64,000 nt of DNA from NCBI RefSeq assembly GCF_001447785.1, contig NW_015168075.1, positions 62,001-126,000 on the forward strand. Reading direction: 5' to 3'. Below, one piece after another: positions 12,557-25,514 of the stretch (position 1 is its first letter; each line of letters opens with the position of its first letter). The DNA is from Gekko japonicus (Eukaryota). The translations under genes were made by a program, and so were the position numbers. The notes under the pieces are model-generated. The model was not told the DNA's origin and did no database searches. It worked only from the letters and a program-made list of their open reading frames with translations.

Positions 12557-13598
12557 GGAATGTGCATTTGGTTCGGACAAACCGAAAAACAAAATTCTCT
12601 AATCTGATTCATCTGGCTGAACAGGGATTCCCCAAATGGATGTTGTATATTCGGAATCCATTCGGGGAATCCCTTTGCTGGGCAAGGAAGAGAAAGTGTT
12701 TAAATTTAAAAGACTTTCCCTTATTTCTGGGGCTGGTGCCACCTCAGTCGAGTGATTCACCGGCCAAGGGAAGGTATTTAAACTTTAAATACTTTCCCTT
12801 GCTGGGGAGTCGTGCCGCGAAGTCAGCACAAGCCCCAGAAGAAAGAGAAAGTGTTTAAAATATAAACACTTTCCCTTCCCCTGCTTCGGCTGGTGGGCTG
12901 GAGAAAGCACGGGGAGGCATTTAAAATGCCTCCCCGCTCTTTCCAGGGCTTTCCCAGCTCATGGCGAGCAGGCCAGGGAAAGGGGGGGCTGACTCCAGGC
13001 CTTCCCCGGCTCACTCTCCTTGGCTCCCCACTCCTTCTAGGGCCTGGCGGGTGAGCCAGGAAAGGAGGTGGGGCTGGCTCCAGGCCTTCCCCATCTTGCC
13101 CGCTCTGGTGGGCAGGCCAGGGAAGGCATGGGGTGGCATTTAAATGCCTCCCCAATTCCTTCCAGGGCCTTCCCCTGCTCACCTGCCTGGGTGGGCAGGG
13201 GAAGGTGGCAGGGGCTGACTCCAGGCCTTCCCTGGCTCGCTGGCTTTGGCAGGTGGGCCAGGGAAGGCAGGGGGGCTAGCTCAGGGGGAAGCTGACTGAA
13301 GGGAAGGCAAATTGCCTTTCCTTCAATGAAGGGAGCATGCCACCTCTGCGGCGCAACTCTGGGGGGATTTAAACTTTAAACCTCTCTAGAGTTGCGCCGC
13401 AGAGGCAGCACACTCCCTTCATTGAAGGGTATAATAGAGTATAATTGTGCTGAGTAAATTCAGCTAGTCTGATAATCCCCGAACCCCACTTTTGTACCAA
13501 TACTGAGATTGAGGCATATCGGCAAATACCAAAATTTTTCGGGTTTGGTACATCTGAACCCCCAAAAATTCAGAATTTGTTTTTGGTGCACACCCCTG
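12557..13598. mobile_element. non-autonomous hAT-like DNA transposon with internal degenerate GC-rich repeats
   Basis: Ends GGAATGTGCA ... TGCACACCCCTG; subterminal CCGAA/TTCGG motifs; internal CCAGGCCTTCCC/GGGAAGG repeats. Confidence 0.55.
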
Positions 13599-15113
13599 AG
13601 AAAGATGGTAATTCTAATGTGAGATATTCCTTGCCAATCACAGGCCTAAACTGTTCTTCTCTCAAAGCAAAAGTTCACAAATGAGCTGTAAACGTGGCCA
13701 GATGCATCTGTTAAGTAAGGTAATAAAGCCAAAGACTATTCTGGAATAAGGCCTCAATGTTATGTGCTCCGCTGTCTCACACAGAGTCCACCCGCAGCGA
13801 TAAGCTGTGAGCTTCATTAATTTCTCAGTTGCACTTGGGTACTGACTGACTTCAAGAAGCTGATCCAAAATGGAACTCTCTTACCCAACTGGGGCAACTG
13901 TGTGAGGCATTCTAACACTCAGCACTGTTTTAGCCTGTGCAATTCAAAAAGGGGGGAAAAAAGCAGGCAGGAGATACACAAAAGGAATTATTTTATTTAC
14001 TCATTTGTGCTTTGAAAGCATGATCTAAATATTAAACCAGTTAAACTTTAAAATAGCTTCCATTTCTAGGGCTGCTCACTTTTTATTTTCCTCCGACAGT
14101 TCACATAAGGTCTTAAATAATGTAGATCCTTAACTTTACAGTGAAACAGCATGCTGTCTAAAAATAGCTCAATGAATAGACAGCAGAAAAGCAGATAAGT
14201 ATTCAAATTATTTATTATTTTTGGGAGAAAAAAATCACTTTGTATAAAGAACATTCATTAGCTGACAGCATCAGCATGCTTTGTACCCCGCCAGCTGCAG
14301 CAAGAGATTCTTCGTGCTCAAAGAATTCTCTTTAAAAAACAACAACACTGCTTTTCCTTTCCTTCACAACCAAGTGTAATTTTGTATACATATTGAATTA
14401 ACCAGGATAACAGAAACCAGAGAGATTTAAGCCTAACTTCTAGGATGGCCTCCTGTGCCACTTTCTAAAGACAACTTTGTACCCTCATGAGCTTTGACTA
14501 TCCTTGAAGACACAAGAAAGGCAAAAAGAACCGAACTATACCAAATAAGATTCATTGATAGCAAGACTGGCAAAAAAGCCTTAGAATTACACATGGTGTC
14601 TAGGTTGGTTCCCCCCCCCCCCAATCCAGGCTGAACTTATTCATGTTTTTTTCTTAATTGATCTAGAGAGTGGCAGCTTTGCAAGATGATGCTGTCCTAG
14701 TGAGTGGAAGATTATTACAGCACTTTGTTATGCCCGCCAAGGCTCTTCCCCAAAGTCCCCCTCTGTCAGGCTGCTGGATAGATGGTTGGACAAGAACTAA
14801 GTTATACCTTTCAGAGTGTATTAAGATATAAGCTTTTTTCCCTAATAATTAAACTTAGCAGTGCAGTGATCTCTTAAACATGAGTCAGTCCAGGATTTGG
14901 GGAACTCTGGGTAAGGTACTCTCAAATGTCCACTACACACATTTTCCTCTCTCCCTTGAGCAGATACTTAGACTACTTTCTGGTCAGTACTAGCAGGGCT
15001 CAAGAGAAACCAAAGGAGTTGCTCCTTTGCTACATCCAGCATCCCTTTGACCATCCAGTGGGAGAACACCCCACAAACCCTGTGATATCACAAGGGGTTT
15101 TGAGCAACCTTCC

Positions 15114-15493
15114 TGTTATATATTGAAGTGTATATATAACTGCTTTGTGAACCGTGCCATTGAGAGTCAATGTTAAGCTTCGCCCTGGGCTAGGATCCTA
15201 ATGTAACCAATAGGAGCCCTAGCCCAGAATATGTTTGCCAATCACCGTGCAGAGCGGGATCGCTTGTGATTGGTCCTTATTGCTTCAACCTCATAGGTTG
15301 CTTATTGTACAGTGGGTGTGGCTACATTAGCCGGGAATGTTTAAATACAGAGCAGCCAGTGTATGTCTTGGTTCTGATGATGGGTTCTGGCTGGCGATTG
15401 TTGTACCATAACGGAGAAGTAACAGAGCTGAAGAATAAACCGCATTCTTGCTGAAATCACTCTCCGACTCTTTGTTAAGCGCACGACTTAAAA
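15114..15493 (+). mobile_element. solo LTR (380 bp)
   Basis: TGTTAT...TTAAAA (terminal CA mutated); exact 5-bp TSD CTTCC (15109-15113, 15494-15498); CCAAT boxes, TTTAAATA and AATAAA in LTR order. Confidence 0.8.
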
Positions 15494-16207
15494 CTTCCTT
15501 TTGCTGGTAGAAGAATCAGCTCTGCCATTAGGAACTGCAATCACATTCCAGAGTCTCCAAGGAGAAGATGAGCCAATGACTCCCCCACATCTGGTGCGGG
15601 GGATTGAACTTTACAGTTAGCTCATTATTTTGTAATGGGTTTTTCCTGCGTTTCTAGAAAAATACTTTCTCATTCAAACTTCTGGGGGTGTTATAGCAGC
15701 AGAATCAAATTTATTTTTTGTAATTCAAAGGGCATACTAATGTTTGGAAAGCAAATGTACTTATTTTCCAAAACAAAAGTAATAGTATTGCCAACTCTAC
15801 ATGTTCAAACGCCATTAAAGATTTTTATAATGCATTTTGAGATGAGTAAATTACATTTTGCCACTGCCCAGCATAAAATGATCCACAAAAAAATTATGAG
15901 GAAAAATAAATGGTTGCAAAATCTTTTCCTCCTACACAACCCAGGCCTCAAACTTTTCTTTAGTATCTTTTGCGCCAAGGTAGAAAAATGGGAATGCCAC
16001 TAGTGTGATGATCTCCATCTTTATGTTCTCTTTTCTCTTTTCTGGATGCCTTCTAGCCTTCTTGTAGAAATACTGCCACATAAAAGCATACATCATGTCT
16101 ATCCATTGTGTAAGGCATATAAAAATGTTTGTGCAAAGAATGTGGTCTTAATTTAAAGGTGGCACAGGATAGGGAATATATTTCCCACATTTTTCTGTGT
16201 GGAGTAC

Positions 16208-16344
16208 AGTGACATGGCTCAGTGGTAGAGAATCCATTTTGCCTCCAAGAAGATCCATAGTTCAATTCCTGGCATCTCCTATTAAAGATCCCATATAGGA
16301 CGTACTTGAGGAAATCTTTTTCCTGTCTGAGACCCTGAAGAGCT
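16208..16344 (+). mobile_element. old tRNA-derived SINE head
   Basis: TGGCTCAGTGGTAGAG (A box) ... GTTCAATTCCTGGCATCTCC (B box); a related 3' half lies at ~21210-21320. Confidence 0.65.
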
Positions 16345-16488
16345 ATGTATTTTATTTATATATTTACTTTATCTTCCTTTCTCACTGAGACACAAGTCAG
16401 ATTACAAAATATAAAGCAATACTATCTAACAGCATTAAACAACCAATGAACAAAATGGCTGGACTAGAATTACACGATTAGAGAACAT

Positions 16489-16657
16489 AGATCCAGTTGG
16501 TCAGCTGTGTTGGTCTGAAGCAGTAGAACAAATTTAGAGTTCAGTGGCACCTTTAAGACCAACAAAGGTTTATTCAAGGCATGCACACGAAAGCTCATAC
16601 CTTGAATAAACCTTTGTTGGTCTTAAAGGTGTCATTGGACTCTAAATTTGTTCTACA
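16489..16657. mobile_element. Penelope-like inverted-pLTR insertion (57-bp hairpin arms)
   Basis: Arms 16523-16579 and 16600-16656 are near-perfect inverted repeats; 12-bp TSD ATTAGAGAACAT at 16477-16488 and 16658-16669. Confidence 0.8.
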
Positions 16658-16920
16658 ATTAGAGAACATTGCAAACAAACAATCTAAGGGAACGTATACT
16701 ATGAAGAACAGAGAAAGTGGAATACAAGGCATAAGAAAATACAGTAAAAGCAGGTAATACCTACAATAAGCACTGCAGTGGACTACAATCCTATTCCATT
16801 ATAAATTGCCCTCCTATTACAGTTCTAGTCTCTTTGTAAAAATGCCCTCCTAAATATTTCTGTTTTGCACATTCAGTGGAATGATAGAAATGTCAAAGCC
16901 TTCTGGATTTCCTTGGGCAG

Positions 16921-17170
16921 AGCCAGTGTGGTGTAGTAGTTAAGAGTGTTGGACTAGTATCTAGGAGACCTGGGTTTGAATTCCCAGTTGTGCTATGGAA
17001 GCTCACTGGGTGACTGTGGACAAGTCATACTCTATCAGCCTAACCTACCTAACTTAAGCTACCTTATTCTGAAGACAGAATGCAAGACAGGAGAATGATG
17101 AGAACCCCTTTGGTTCCTCATTGGGGAGAAAGGTAGGGTACAATTAAATTAAATTAAATTAAATTAATTA
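16921..17170 (+). mobile_element. older Squam3-type SINE with (AAATT)n tail
   Basis: AGCCAGTGTGGTGTAGTAGTTAAGAGTG..GGTTTGAATTCC..GGGAGAAAGGTAGGGTACAA. Confidence 0.8.
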
Positions 17171-19494
17171 ATGCATATGCGTGGGCAGCTGTCAATCTTT
17201 CCCATTTGCAGGCTAAGGTAAGTGGACCTAAAGTCTGACTAAGTTATATTATTCATGAGCTGCTTTGGATATTCCTTCTTGTATACTTTCAAAGCTAGTT
17301 AAGTCCCTCCCTTCTTTGCATCTGGCCATATTATGCATATGCAGTTCCCACCCCATATGGTTGGGAACTAACTTTGTCCATCTTTCTTCCCCCTCCCCCC
17401 CCCAAAAAAAGGAAGCTGTTGAGAATTTTGATATGCATGCTGGACTCCTGGGCAACCAGGCAGAGAAGCACACAAGCTATATAGGTTCACTTCCTCCCCT
17501 GAATGACACTTGCATTTCAGAGCTGTTCACTCACCCATCCCTGTGTATGGCAAGGTGGGATTTAAATGCTGTGTATAAATGTATTTTATACTACATGATA
17601 TGATTCTAAAATGATGTGTTTAGTCTCTAAAAATCTTGATGGTAGGCTGCAAGAATGCCATACCAGGAAAATAAAATGGAAGGAAAAAGAAAGAAGACAA
17701 TACACAATTTTAATGCCACAAGACAAGAAGATTGCACATTGTGTAATGGTGGTGCTACTGAGGAATGGAAAAGCCTATTCCATGCAAGTTCCCCAGAAGC
17801 TTTCATCAAAGCCATACATTAAAATCTTTCAGCAGAATAAGAAGCAGCATAATCAACATTTGGCGGAAGCAGAATAGGAGCAACCTCAAAATCCTGCCCC
17901 TTCTATGTATTTTTCACTATGAATTGGTGGTGATAAATGCTAGCACTACGTACTTCTGAAATAGATGCAAATTGATGATTGGGTACTAGATGATGAATGA
18001 TAACTTCCCACATGCAACCTTGACACATTTTTTTTAAATACACTGCAAACAGCATGACAGGAGTGATCCATGTTGGGCTCGATTAGGAAGTATGTGAGTC
18101 ATGTGTAAGAATGGAAATGTCAAAATGCTTTCTCACTTCATTTTGCCCCTCGTAAACAGTTAGAATTTAGTGGGAGCAGATGGATGTTTTATGCTAAGCC
18201 CCTGAAATGTAAAAAAGCTGATTGCTTAGTAATGTGTCTGGTTTCTAGCAAACAAACAAACTCAAAGCAACAGGAATGTATGCACAAAATGCCAGCTTGC
18301 ACTCCCAGCACATCCTACTGCCTCCGAATGCTTTAACCTCATTTATCCTTTAGGTACTTACTGAGCCATTTCACATTTGAGCACTTAAAGGATTAAATGA
18401 AATACATGGACATGATTATTACCGCACACAGCAAAGCTAATGTTTAAGGGCATGCTGTTTTGTTGCAAACTGGAACTGCATTTCCACTGTTGGGAGACCT
18501 TGCAAAGCTTTTCAAAGGAGGCAATGATGAATCACGCCATCTCAAACACTCAACTGCTAATGAGAAAACTGTTAGTAATATGCTTTTTATGTCTCTGCCA
18601 CTCTGCAAAAGAAACCAGAATACCCGTTCCCTTTCCACTTAATCTTTAAAGTCAAATGAGATGTGATGAAGGCTGCATGAGCTTAAATAAAAGTGATGTT
18701 GATGGCTTCCATTATTCTCTCAATGGCTTCTACATTTTGTAGTGATATCGCTATATGGGGATATCGATCTTAAAATATTTATCTTTGAAAAATGCCAACC
18801 ACATTCAGAATCAAATCAGACTAAGTGTTTTATTAATGCTTATTCTGTTTAGTTATAAAGTCATGAGTGATACGAATAGAGGAAGCACAAATAATCACAT
18901 TACACCTGATTGTAATGCTGGGTACAAGTTCAGCATTTCTTTAGGGCATAGACTTAGGGAGTAATCCAAAATCAGAACAAACATGGATTGAACATAAAGT
19001 TTAAGAAATGGTTGCCAGTGCTTAATGTCTAAAATTAGACGAGCTAGGATTAAGTCTTGAGAACTCACAGGTTTTATTCTAGACTTGTTGCCCCTTAACA
19101 CTAGATAAGAGAAGGAAGCTATGGTTGTTTAGTACAAAGAAGAGGTAGTTAGCAGGTACAGAGAAGTACTCTATTCCATACTATTTCCTCGCACTGAAAA
19201 TAGGCTTCAGAACCAATGGACCAAATGAAGCCCAGGAGATTCTCTGTACTGTCACATGACAGCTTAAAAGGTTGTCTTTTTGATAGTGGCAGAAACTAGT
19301 ACACATTATATTCAGTACACAGACTGGGCTAAACGTGGAGACCTGTTTAGATGCCCCCTCTCATAAAGTAACAAGTAGGACAACTTCCTCGTATCTCAAC
19401 ATTGGTAGCAAGGGAAGGCATAATGCATCTGTAATGGGATGCTGGTACATTTTCCTTAACTTACAGAAAAAGTGGTGGAATTAAATGGGCAGCT

Positions 19495-21190
19495 GCTGTT
19501 TCTATGAGATGGCAGTGAAGGCTGTTAAGAAGGAGTTCTATGCAGCCTACATCAAATCCACAAGCTCTCACACAGCAGAATTGTTTAGGGTAATTTGGTC
19601 CTTAATGGCTCTCACAGAGAGAGTCCAAAATACTAGGAATTTGGCCATTAGCTGCGAGGTGTTTGCAAGCTTCTTGGCAGAGAAAGTCTTGTTGCTCCAC
19701 TGCCAACATTGATACAGTATGGGAACTGGAGCCCCCTTGGCCGTCTTTGGATTCCATGTTTGACAACTTCAGCTCACTCTCCTGGGTTGATGTTGAAAGG
19801 ATCCTGGGTGTTGTTAGGCCGACCACATGCCTCTTGGACCCATGTCCCCCATGGCTAGTAAAACCTGGTGGTGAGGAAATCTGGGGTCCCCTGGTAGACA
19901 TTATCAATCTATCCCTGAATTTGGGGGTCCATCCAGGGGGATTAAAAGATGCTGTGGTCATACTGCTCTTTAAAAAGCCAACCTTGGATCCTTTAGATCC
20001 ATCCAATTACCACCCAGTTTTGAATCTTTCATTTCTGGGTAAGCTAATTGAGAGGGTGATTGCATAACAGCTCCCAGGCTTCCTGAAAGACACATCGGCC
20101 CTGGACCCATTCCAGTCCTGCTTCCACCCTGGCCATGGAACAGAGATGACTTTGGTCACCCTCACCGATGAGCTTCGCAGACAGCTAGAATGAGGTGAGT
20201 CGGCACTGCTGTTGCTGTTAGATCTTACAGCAGCATTCAACATGGTTGATCATGACCTCCTGATCCATCACCTTGCTGATAAAGGCGTTTGTGGAGTAGT
20301 CTTGAAGTGGCTCACCTCATTTCTTTAAGGTCAGGGACAGAGGGACAGGCTAGAGAAGAGGAGGTCACCAAGGTACCACCTGGTATGTGGGGTCCTTCAG
20401 GGGCAATCCTCTATCCAATGTTATTCAATATCTATATGCGCCCCCATGCCCAGCTGGTGTGGAGATTTGGGCTAGGGTGATTTATCTGTTGATGGGCAGT
20501 CATCTTGATACCTCTCCAGCAAATGTGGCTGCGAGGTTGGAGTCTGTGATGAGATGGTTGAAACAGACTCACTATATGTGGGCCTACCCTTGAGGCTGAC
20601 CTGGAAACTCCAACTGGTACAGAATGCTGCTGTGCGGGTCCTTACAGGAATTCGACATTCAGCACATATCCATTCTGTGCTGTGTGAGCTGCACTAGTTG
20701 CCAGTGGAGTACCAGATCAGGTTCAGTGTCTTGGTGTTGACCTTTAAGACCCTTAACAGTCTTCGGGACCACCTCTCCTGGTATACCCTGAGGAGAGCAT
20801 AACACTCAGTAGATCAACATCGGTGGTCCCCAGCCCAAGAGATGTCTAGCTGTCCTTGACCAGAGCCACAGCATTTTCTGCCTAGGCTCCAACCTGGTGG
20901 AACTTTCTGCCAAACAACATACATGCCCTGCAGGACATGATGCAGAGATGTTCCACCAGGCATTTGGGTAAGAACAGTGATGGTCTCATCTTTCTGGCAC
21001 TCCCACCCCCAATCTCCCTATGAGACAGTGGCACCATTAGGATTTTTAGTGCCATCTTTAGGTTATTTGATTTTATTTGGTTTTATTGCTGTATTTATGA
21101 TGTATTTTAGTTATGTATTTACGTATTGTGTTGTGCACCACCCTGAACCCTGTTCTTTAGGGGAGGGTGGTTTAAAATCAAATTAAACAA
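19495..21190 (+). mobile_element. L2 LINE fragment, decayed
   Basis: RPTTCLLDPCPPWLVK, KDAVVILLFKKPTLDP..SNYHPVLNLSFLGKLIER, GAILYPMLFNIYMRP; L2 3' end CACCCTGAACCC..GGGAGGGTGGTTTAAA. Confidence 0.9.
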
Positions 21191-22355
21191 ATCTGTAGTT
21201 AGTGAGAATGGGGAAAATCCTTTGTCTGCCTGCGACCCTAGAGAGAGAGCTGCTGCCAGTACAGGCAGAAAATACTGAGCCAGATGGACTGCTGGTCTCT
21301 CTCAATATAAAGCAACTTCATACAGTTATTTTTCTCCTGCTTCTTCTTTCACTCCCAGGGTAGTTCACCAGAATATAATACAATCCCAGAAGGCCATCCA
21401 TTTTTTCTCCTCTCTCTTTGACACAGGGGAAAATAGATAGGGTAGACAAAGAATTGATCAGGCAGTGAAGCAGATTCCTGGGTGGCACCAGTACAATCAG
21501 TTTCTGTTTTATTGGAATTATGTATCTAAATCATGATGAAATTCTTATAGAATTAATCACACAGTGAACATGTTCGAATATTAATCAAAAGTACCTTTTA
21601 ATTTGTTGACATCTAAGTAACTGGTATATGCAGTAAAAACCTCTGCTATCTGTGTGCCCATTTGTCTACTTCCTTTCCTATTTTCAACATGTGTTAAGTT
21701 GTATTCAATTGCATACCTCTGTGCTTCATATACTCCTCTATTTCAATCATTTGTCTGTTCTGGAGGGGGGGGGGAAACGTCGTGTCTCTGAAGTGAGTGC
21801 TGATTTGAAAAGTGTTACTATTTAATGTTATTTGAATCTTGATTACCTGAAAAATGAATCTAAATGTATGGTTGGGTGGGGGCTGATAGAAGACCCCATG
21901 TGGAAGTAAACTGCAAGACACTGGGCTTCTTCAGTCCAGCAGAATCAAGGGCCAGGGGAAGGAAACTCCTGGCAAAATACACCGAATGGGAATTGGAATG
22001 TCTGTGTCATGATTAAACCACATGTCATGCCAGCATGTTTTTGTCACTTGTGGTAAAAACTGGAAGTGCGACAAGTGTTGTTGCAGGGCACTCTAGGATA
22101 TGTAAAAACTCTATGCTAAAACTATAGCATCTTTACAAATCCTAGAGCATCCTGGGATGCCACTTCTGGTTTTCACTGGAAGAGATATGTGCATGCTGGC
22201 ATGATATCCACACGTTCTCTTAAACCCCCCCCCATTTCCTGACACTGGGGCTTCAGGTGCTGGCAGGCACAATACTGGGTTGCTGGGAGGTCTCCTGCTA
22301 CAGCTATAGTGGAAGACCTGTCACCTCTATGTGTAATGGTGCCTGGGAGACTAAC

Positions 22356-22444
22356 AGGGCAATCCTGTGCATGCTCCCTCATGAGTAAATCTCATTGTGT
22401 TCAATGAGTCTTACTCCTATGGAAATGTGCATAGGATTGCAGCC
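22356..22444. mobile_element. short palindromic MITE (related copies ~25574-25660, ~61146-61234)
   Basis: GCAATCCTGTGCA...TGCATAGGATTGC inverted ends, with an internal GAGTAA..CATTG..CAATG..TTACTC palindrome. Confidence 0.6.
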
Positions 22445-23320
22445 TCCCAGTGCAGAGTTACACATTTCTTCAACTGACTTAGAAGAGCTTAGAAGAACTC
22501 TTCTTAGGACTGCACTTGTAAGCATCTTTTGCAGCCTACAGTGATCAGAAAAGCTCAAATCGCAGCACTTGTGTTCCATATTTGCATTGCCTGCCCACCT
22601 AAAGATGGTTTGGCACATGCAATAACCTCAGCCCCCACCCAGCCATAGATTTAAATTGATTAGCCACAGCTGCTCAGCAAGTTGACACCAAATCAGCAGA
22701 AATCCTTATACTTTGTTCTGATGCTTGATCTTAGATACACATCTTAGATACACATGAGAGTCCATCTCTGTGTTACCAAATCAGTAGCACAGTGGTCTTT
22801 GGTACAAATTTGGCCAACATGAAACAGATTAGGAAAAAATGTGCAGATAGTGTGAACTAATGCTTATAGTGAACAAACTCTACTAGGCCATTCATTATTC
22901 AGTGGACTTGATTTCAACAAAATGAGCTTGCTACAACATGATAATAGCTAATTAGTAACCAAGTAGAATATGGCATTTTTAGCTAAAAATAACTATAAAT
23001 GGACACATGGAGGATCCCTATTGTTACATTTTATCTGTTCTTGTAGACAAAAATCTTGCATGCATGCCTGGTAGAGTTAGCTGGGCATCTAGCCAAGCAT
23101 CTTGTCCTCATTTGCTTGGTAAAGAAGCTGCATGTCCTCATAACTAACTGATGGTGCATCAAGTGCTTGGACAATTATTAACAATTATTTGAATCCAGTT
23201 TGCATTATAATAAGGTGTGCACATGCTTTATACCATTGTAGACCAAAGATTATAAAAGATGGCATAGAATGGATCTATTACACTTTCTCTTAGCTGAGCA
23301 TGGGATGCGGTAATCTTTCT

Positions 23321-23815
23321 TAGGGATGGGCATTAACCAGCTGACAAACTAATGTTTGACACACATTTTTGCTGGTTCATGAAGCAATGTTCACAAACTG
23401 AAGAACCGCTATGAACTTTCACAAATTTTGGTAGAGTTTGTGGTGGTTCCTGAAGAGCAGGAAGCAGGAGTTTAAAACCCTGCTTTCTGCTCTTCACAAA
23501 AAAATAGCTGAGTGATAGGAGCCATGTAAACCATTGCTGGGAGCCATCTGAACCACTGCTTTCTGCTCCCCATGAAAAGCTGTGGGAAGCAGAAAGCAGG
23601 GGTTTAAACAGCTTCCAGGAGTATAGTTTAAATGGTCCCCTGCTTTCTGCTCCCTGTGAAAAGTCATGGGGAACAGAAAGCAGGAGTTTAAGCTTTAAAT
23701 GGCCCATGAACTGATACAAACTTGTTCGGTTCACAAACTGGCATATCGGTTCATGGTTTGGTTCATGGTTCAGCCATGAACTGAACCACAAAAATGTGGT
23801 TCATGCCCATTCCTA
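23321..23815. mobile_element. non-autonomous hAT element
   Basis: TIR TAGGGATGGGCAT / ATGCCCATTCCTA; 8-bp TSD matching 6/8 (ATCTTTCT / ATATTCCT); subterminal GGTTC/GAACC repeats. Confidence 0.75.
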
Positions 23816-24429
23816 ATATTCCTCAATAGGATCTGGATGAGTAAAGCAGGTTTTTTACATGGCAGAAGTAATAATGACTAATAATGTTTCCACCTTCTTT
23901 GGAAGATTGCCTTCACTTAAGCAAACTCATACTATCATAGCAGTGTTATGGGAAGTTAGTGGTTGTGGTTGAAACAGAAACAGAAGAAAAGGGTCAATAC
24001 TGGAACACTGGGATGTTAATTTGGACATATACAGCCCAAATATATGTCTGAAAAATAACTTATCAGTATTTTCTGGATATATTTGGGTCTTTGGTTGTTA
24101 TCTGAGATTATCCAGGATACCAGAAAATGCATCCCAAAAAGTCCCAGAAATATTTGTGAGTAACCGGGAATATCAGGAGCCAGGATTGTAAGGCTCCCAG
24201 GACTGATTCCCTCCTCTTGAATTTTGTTGTGCGTTTCTGTCAGTATCCTCTTTTCAGGACTTGGGTTTTGCTTGCCAGGTTGATTTGGCTTCAGTTATGT
24301 GCTTTGAAATTAGTTCTATGGGTCCAGGAACAATGTGTTTTTTCTGTGAGTTGGTTTGTGTCAATTTGGTGGTTTGTGGTAGATTCTCTGTTTCAACATT
24401 GCCTAGGATTCTTGGGTTGTACATTGGGT

Positions 24430-25118
24430 TGGATTACTATGATGTTGAATGGTGTGCCTTGGAATCGGACCGAGATCATTCTGTCATTTTTGAGATTGTA
24501 TCCCAATACTGATTTTTGTACTTTCTTGTTGACTATAAAGGCCACACCATTTTTTCTATGAGATTCCTGGCCACAGTAGTAGATATAATGGTCTTCTGAG
24601 TTAAATTCGCCCATTCCTGTCCACTTTAGTTCACTGATTCCTAAGATATTGATGTTCAGTCTTGCCATCTCATTTTTGACCACGTCAAGCTTGCCTTGAT
24701 TCATAGATCTTACATTTCAGGTTCCTATGCAGTATTGTTCTTTGCAGCATCGGACTTTCCTTTCACCATCAGACACATCCACAACTGAGCGTCCTTTCGG
24801 CTTTGGCCCAGCCGCTTCACTCTTTCTGGAATTACTTGTACTTGCCCTCTGCTCTTCCTCAGTAGCATATTGGACACCTTCCGACCTGAGGGGCTCATCT
24901 TCCGGCGTCATATCTTTTAGCCTTTTGATACTGTCCATGGGGTTTTCTTGGCAAACATACTGGAGTGGGTTGCCATTACCTTCTCCAGGTGGATCACGCT
25001 TGGTCTGAGTTCTCTGCTGTGGCCTGTCCATCTTGGGTGGCCCTTCACGGCATAGCCCACAGCTTCACTGAACTACACAAGCCCCCTCGCCACGACAAGG
25101 CAGTGATCCATGAGGGGG
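24430..25118 (-). mobile_element. BovB 5' fragment (5'UTR + start of APE endonuclease), 3'-truncated
   Basis: MDSIKRLKDMTPEDEP..KVRCCKEQYCIGT*NVRSMNQGKLDVVKNEMARLNINILGISELKWTGMGEF..NGVAFIV..NDRMISVRFQG; perfect 11-bp TSD GTACATTGGGT at 24419-24429 and 25119-25129. Confidence 0.93.
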
Positions 25119-25468
25119 GTACATTGGGTAAGATTCTCTAATTTGACATTTGTTGGGCTTTCAACAGCATTCCTATTCGCTTTGGCTTGGAGGATTTTCT
25201 GGTTTAACATTGTTTTGGATTCTCGGGTTGTATATTCATGATTTTAGGCTTGCCACATTGTCCTATACTTCTGCTGGGATTCCCTGGCTCTGCATTGGTT
25301 CTTTGAGATTGTTGGTTCTGTCTTCTTTGAGAGGTCTTTGGCTGGGTAGTGCTTTGCTTGCTGTTGTGTCTTTGGCTACTTTTTGCCCTGGAGAAAGCAT
25401 GGAATCCCCCTGCCCTCAGTCCCATAGAAATCAATGCAGGATGGCTGAGACACATTTTCAGGGGGGAG

Positions 25469-25514
25469 TTTCCTTCCTTCCTTCCTTCCTTCCTTCCTTC
25501 CTTCCTTGCTTCCT
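25469..25514. repeat. (TTCC)n microsatellite
   Basis: Direct reading. Confidence 0.95.

Larger units (their letters stand above)
16345..17230 (-). mobile_element. old L2 3' fragment interrupted by Penelope hairpin and SINE
   Basis: (TATT)n tail and CTTTCTCACTGAGAC..AAG..AGATTACA end, similar to the copy at 57300-57850. Confidence 0.55.
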
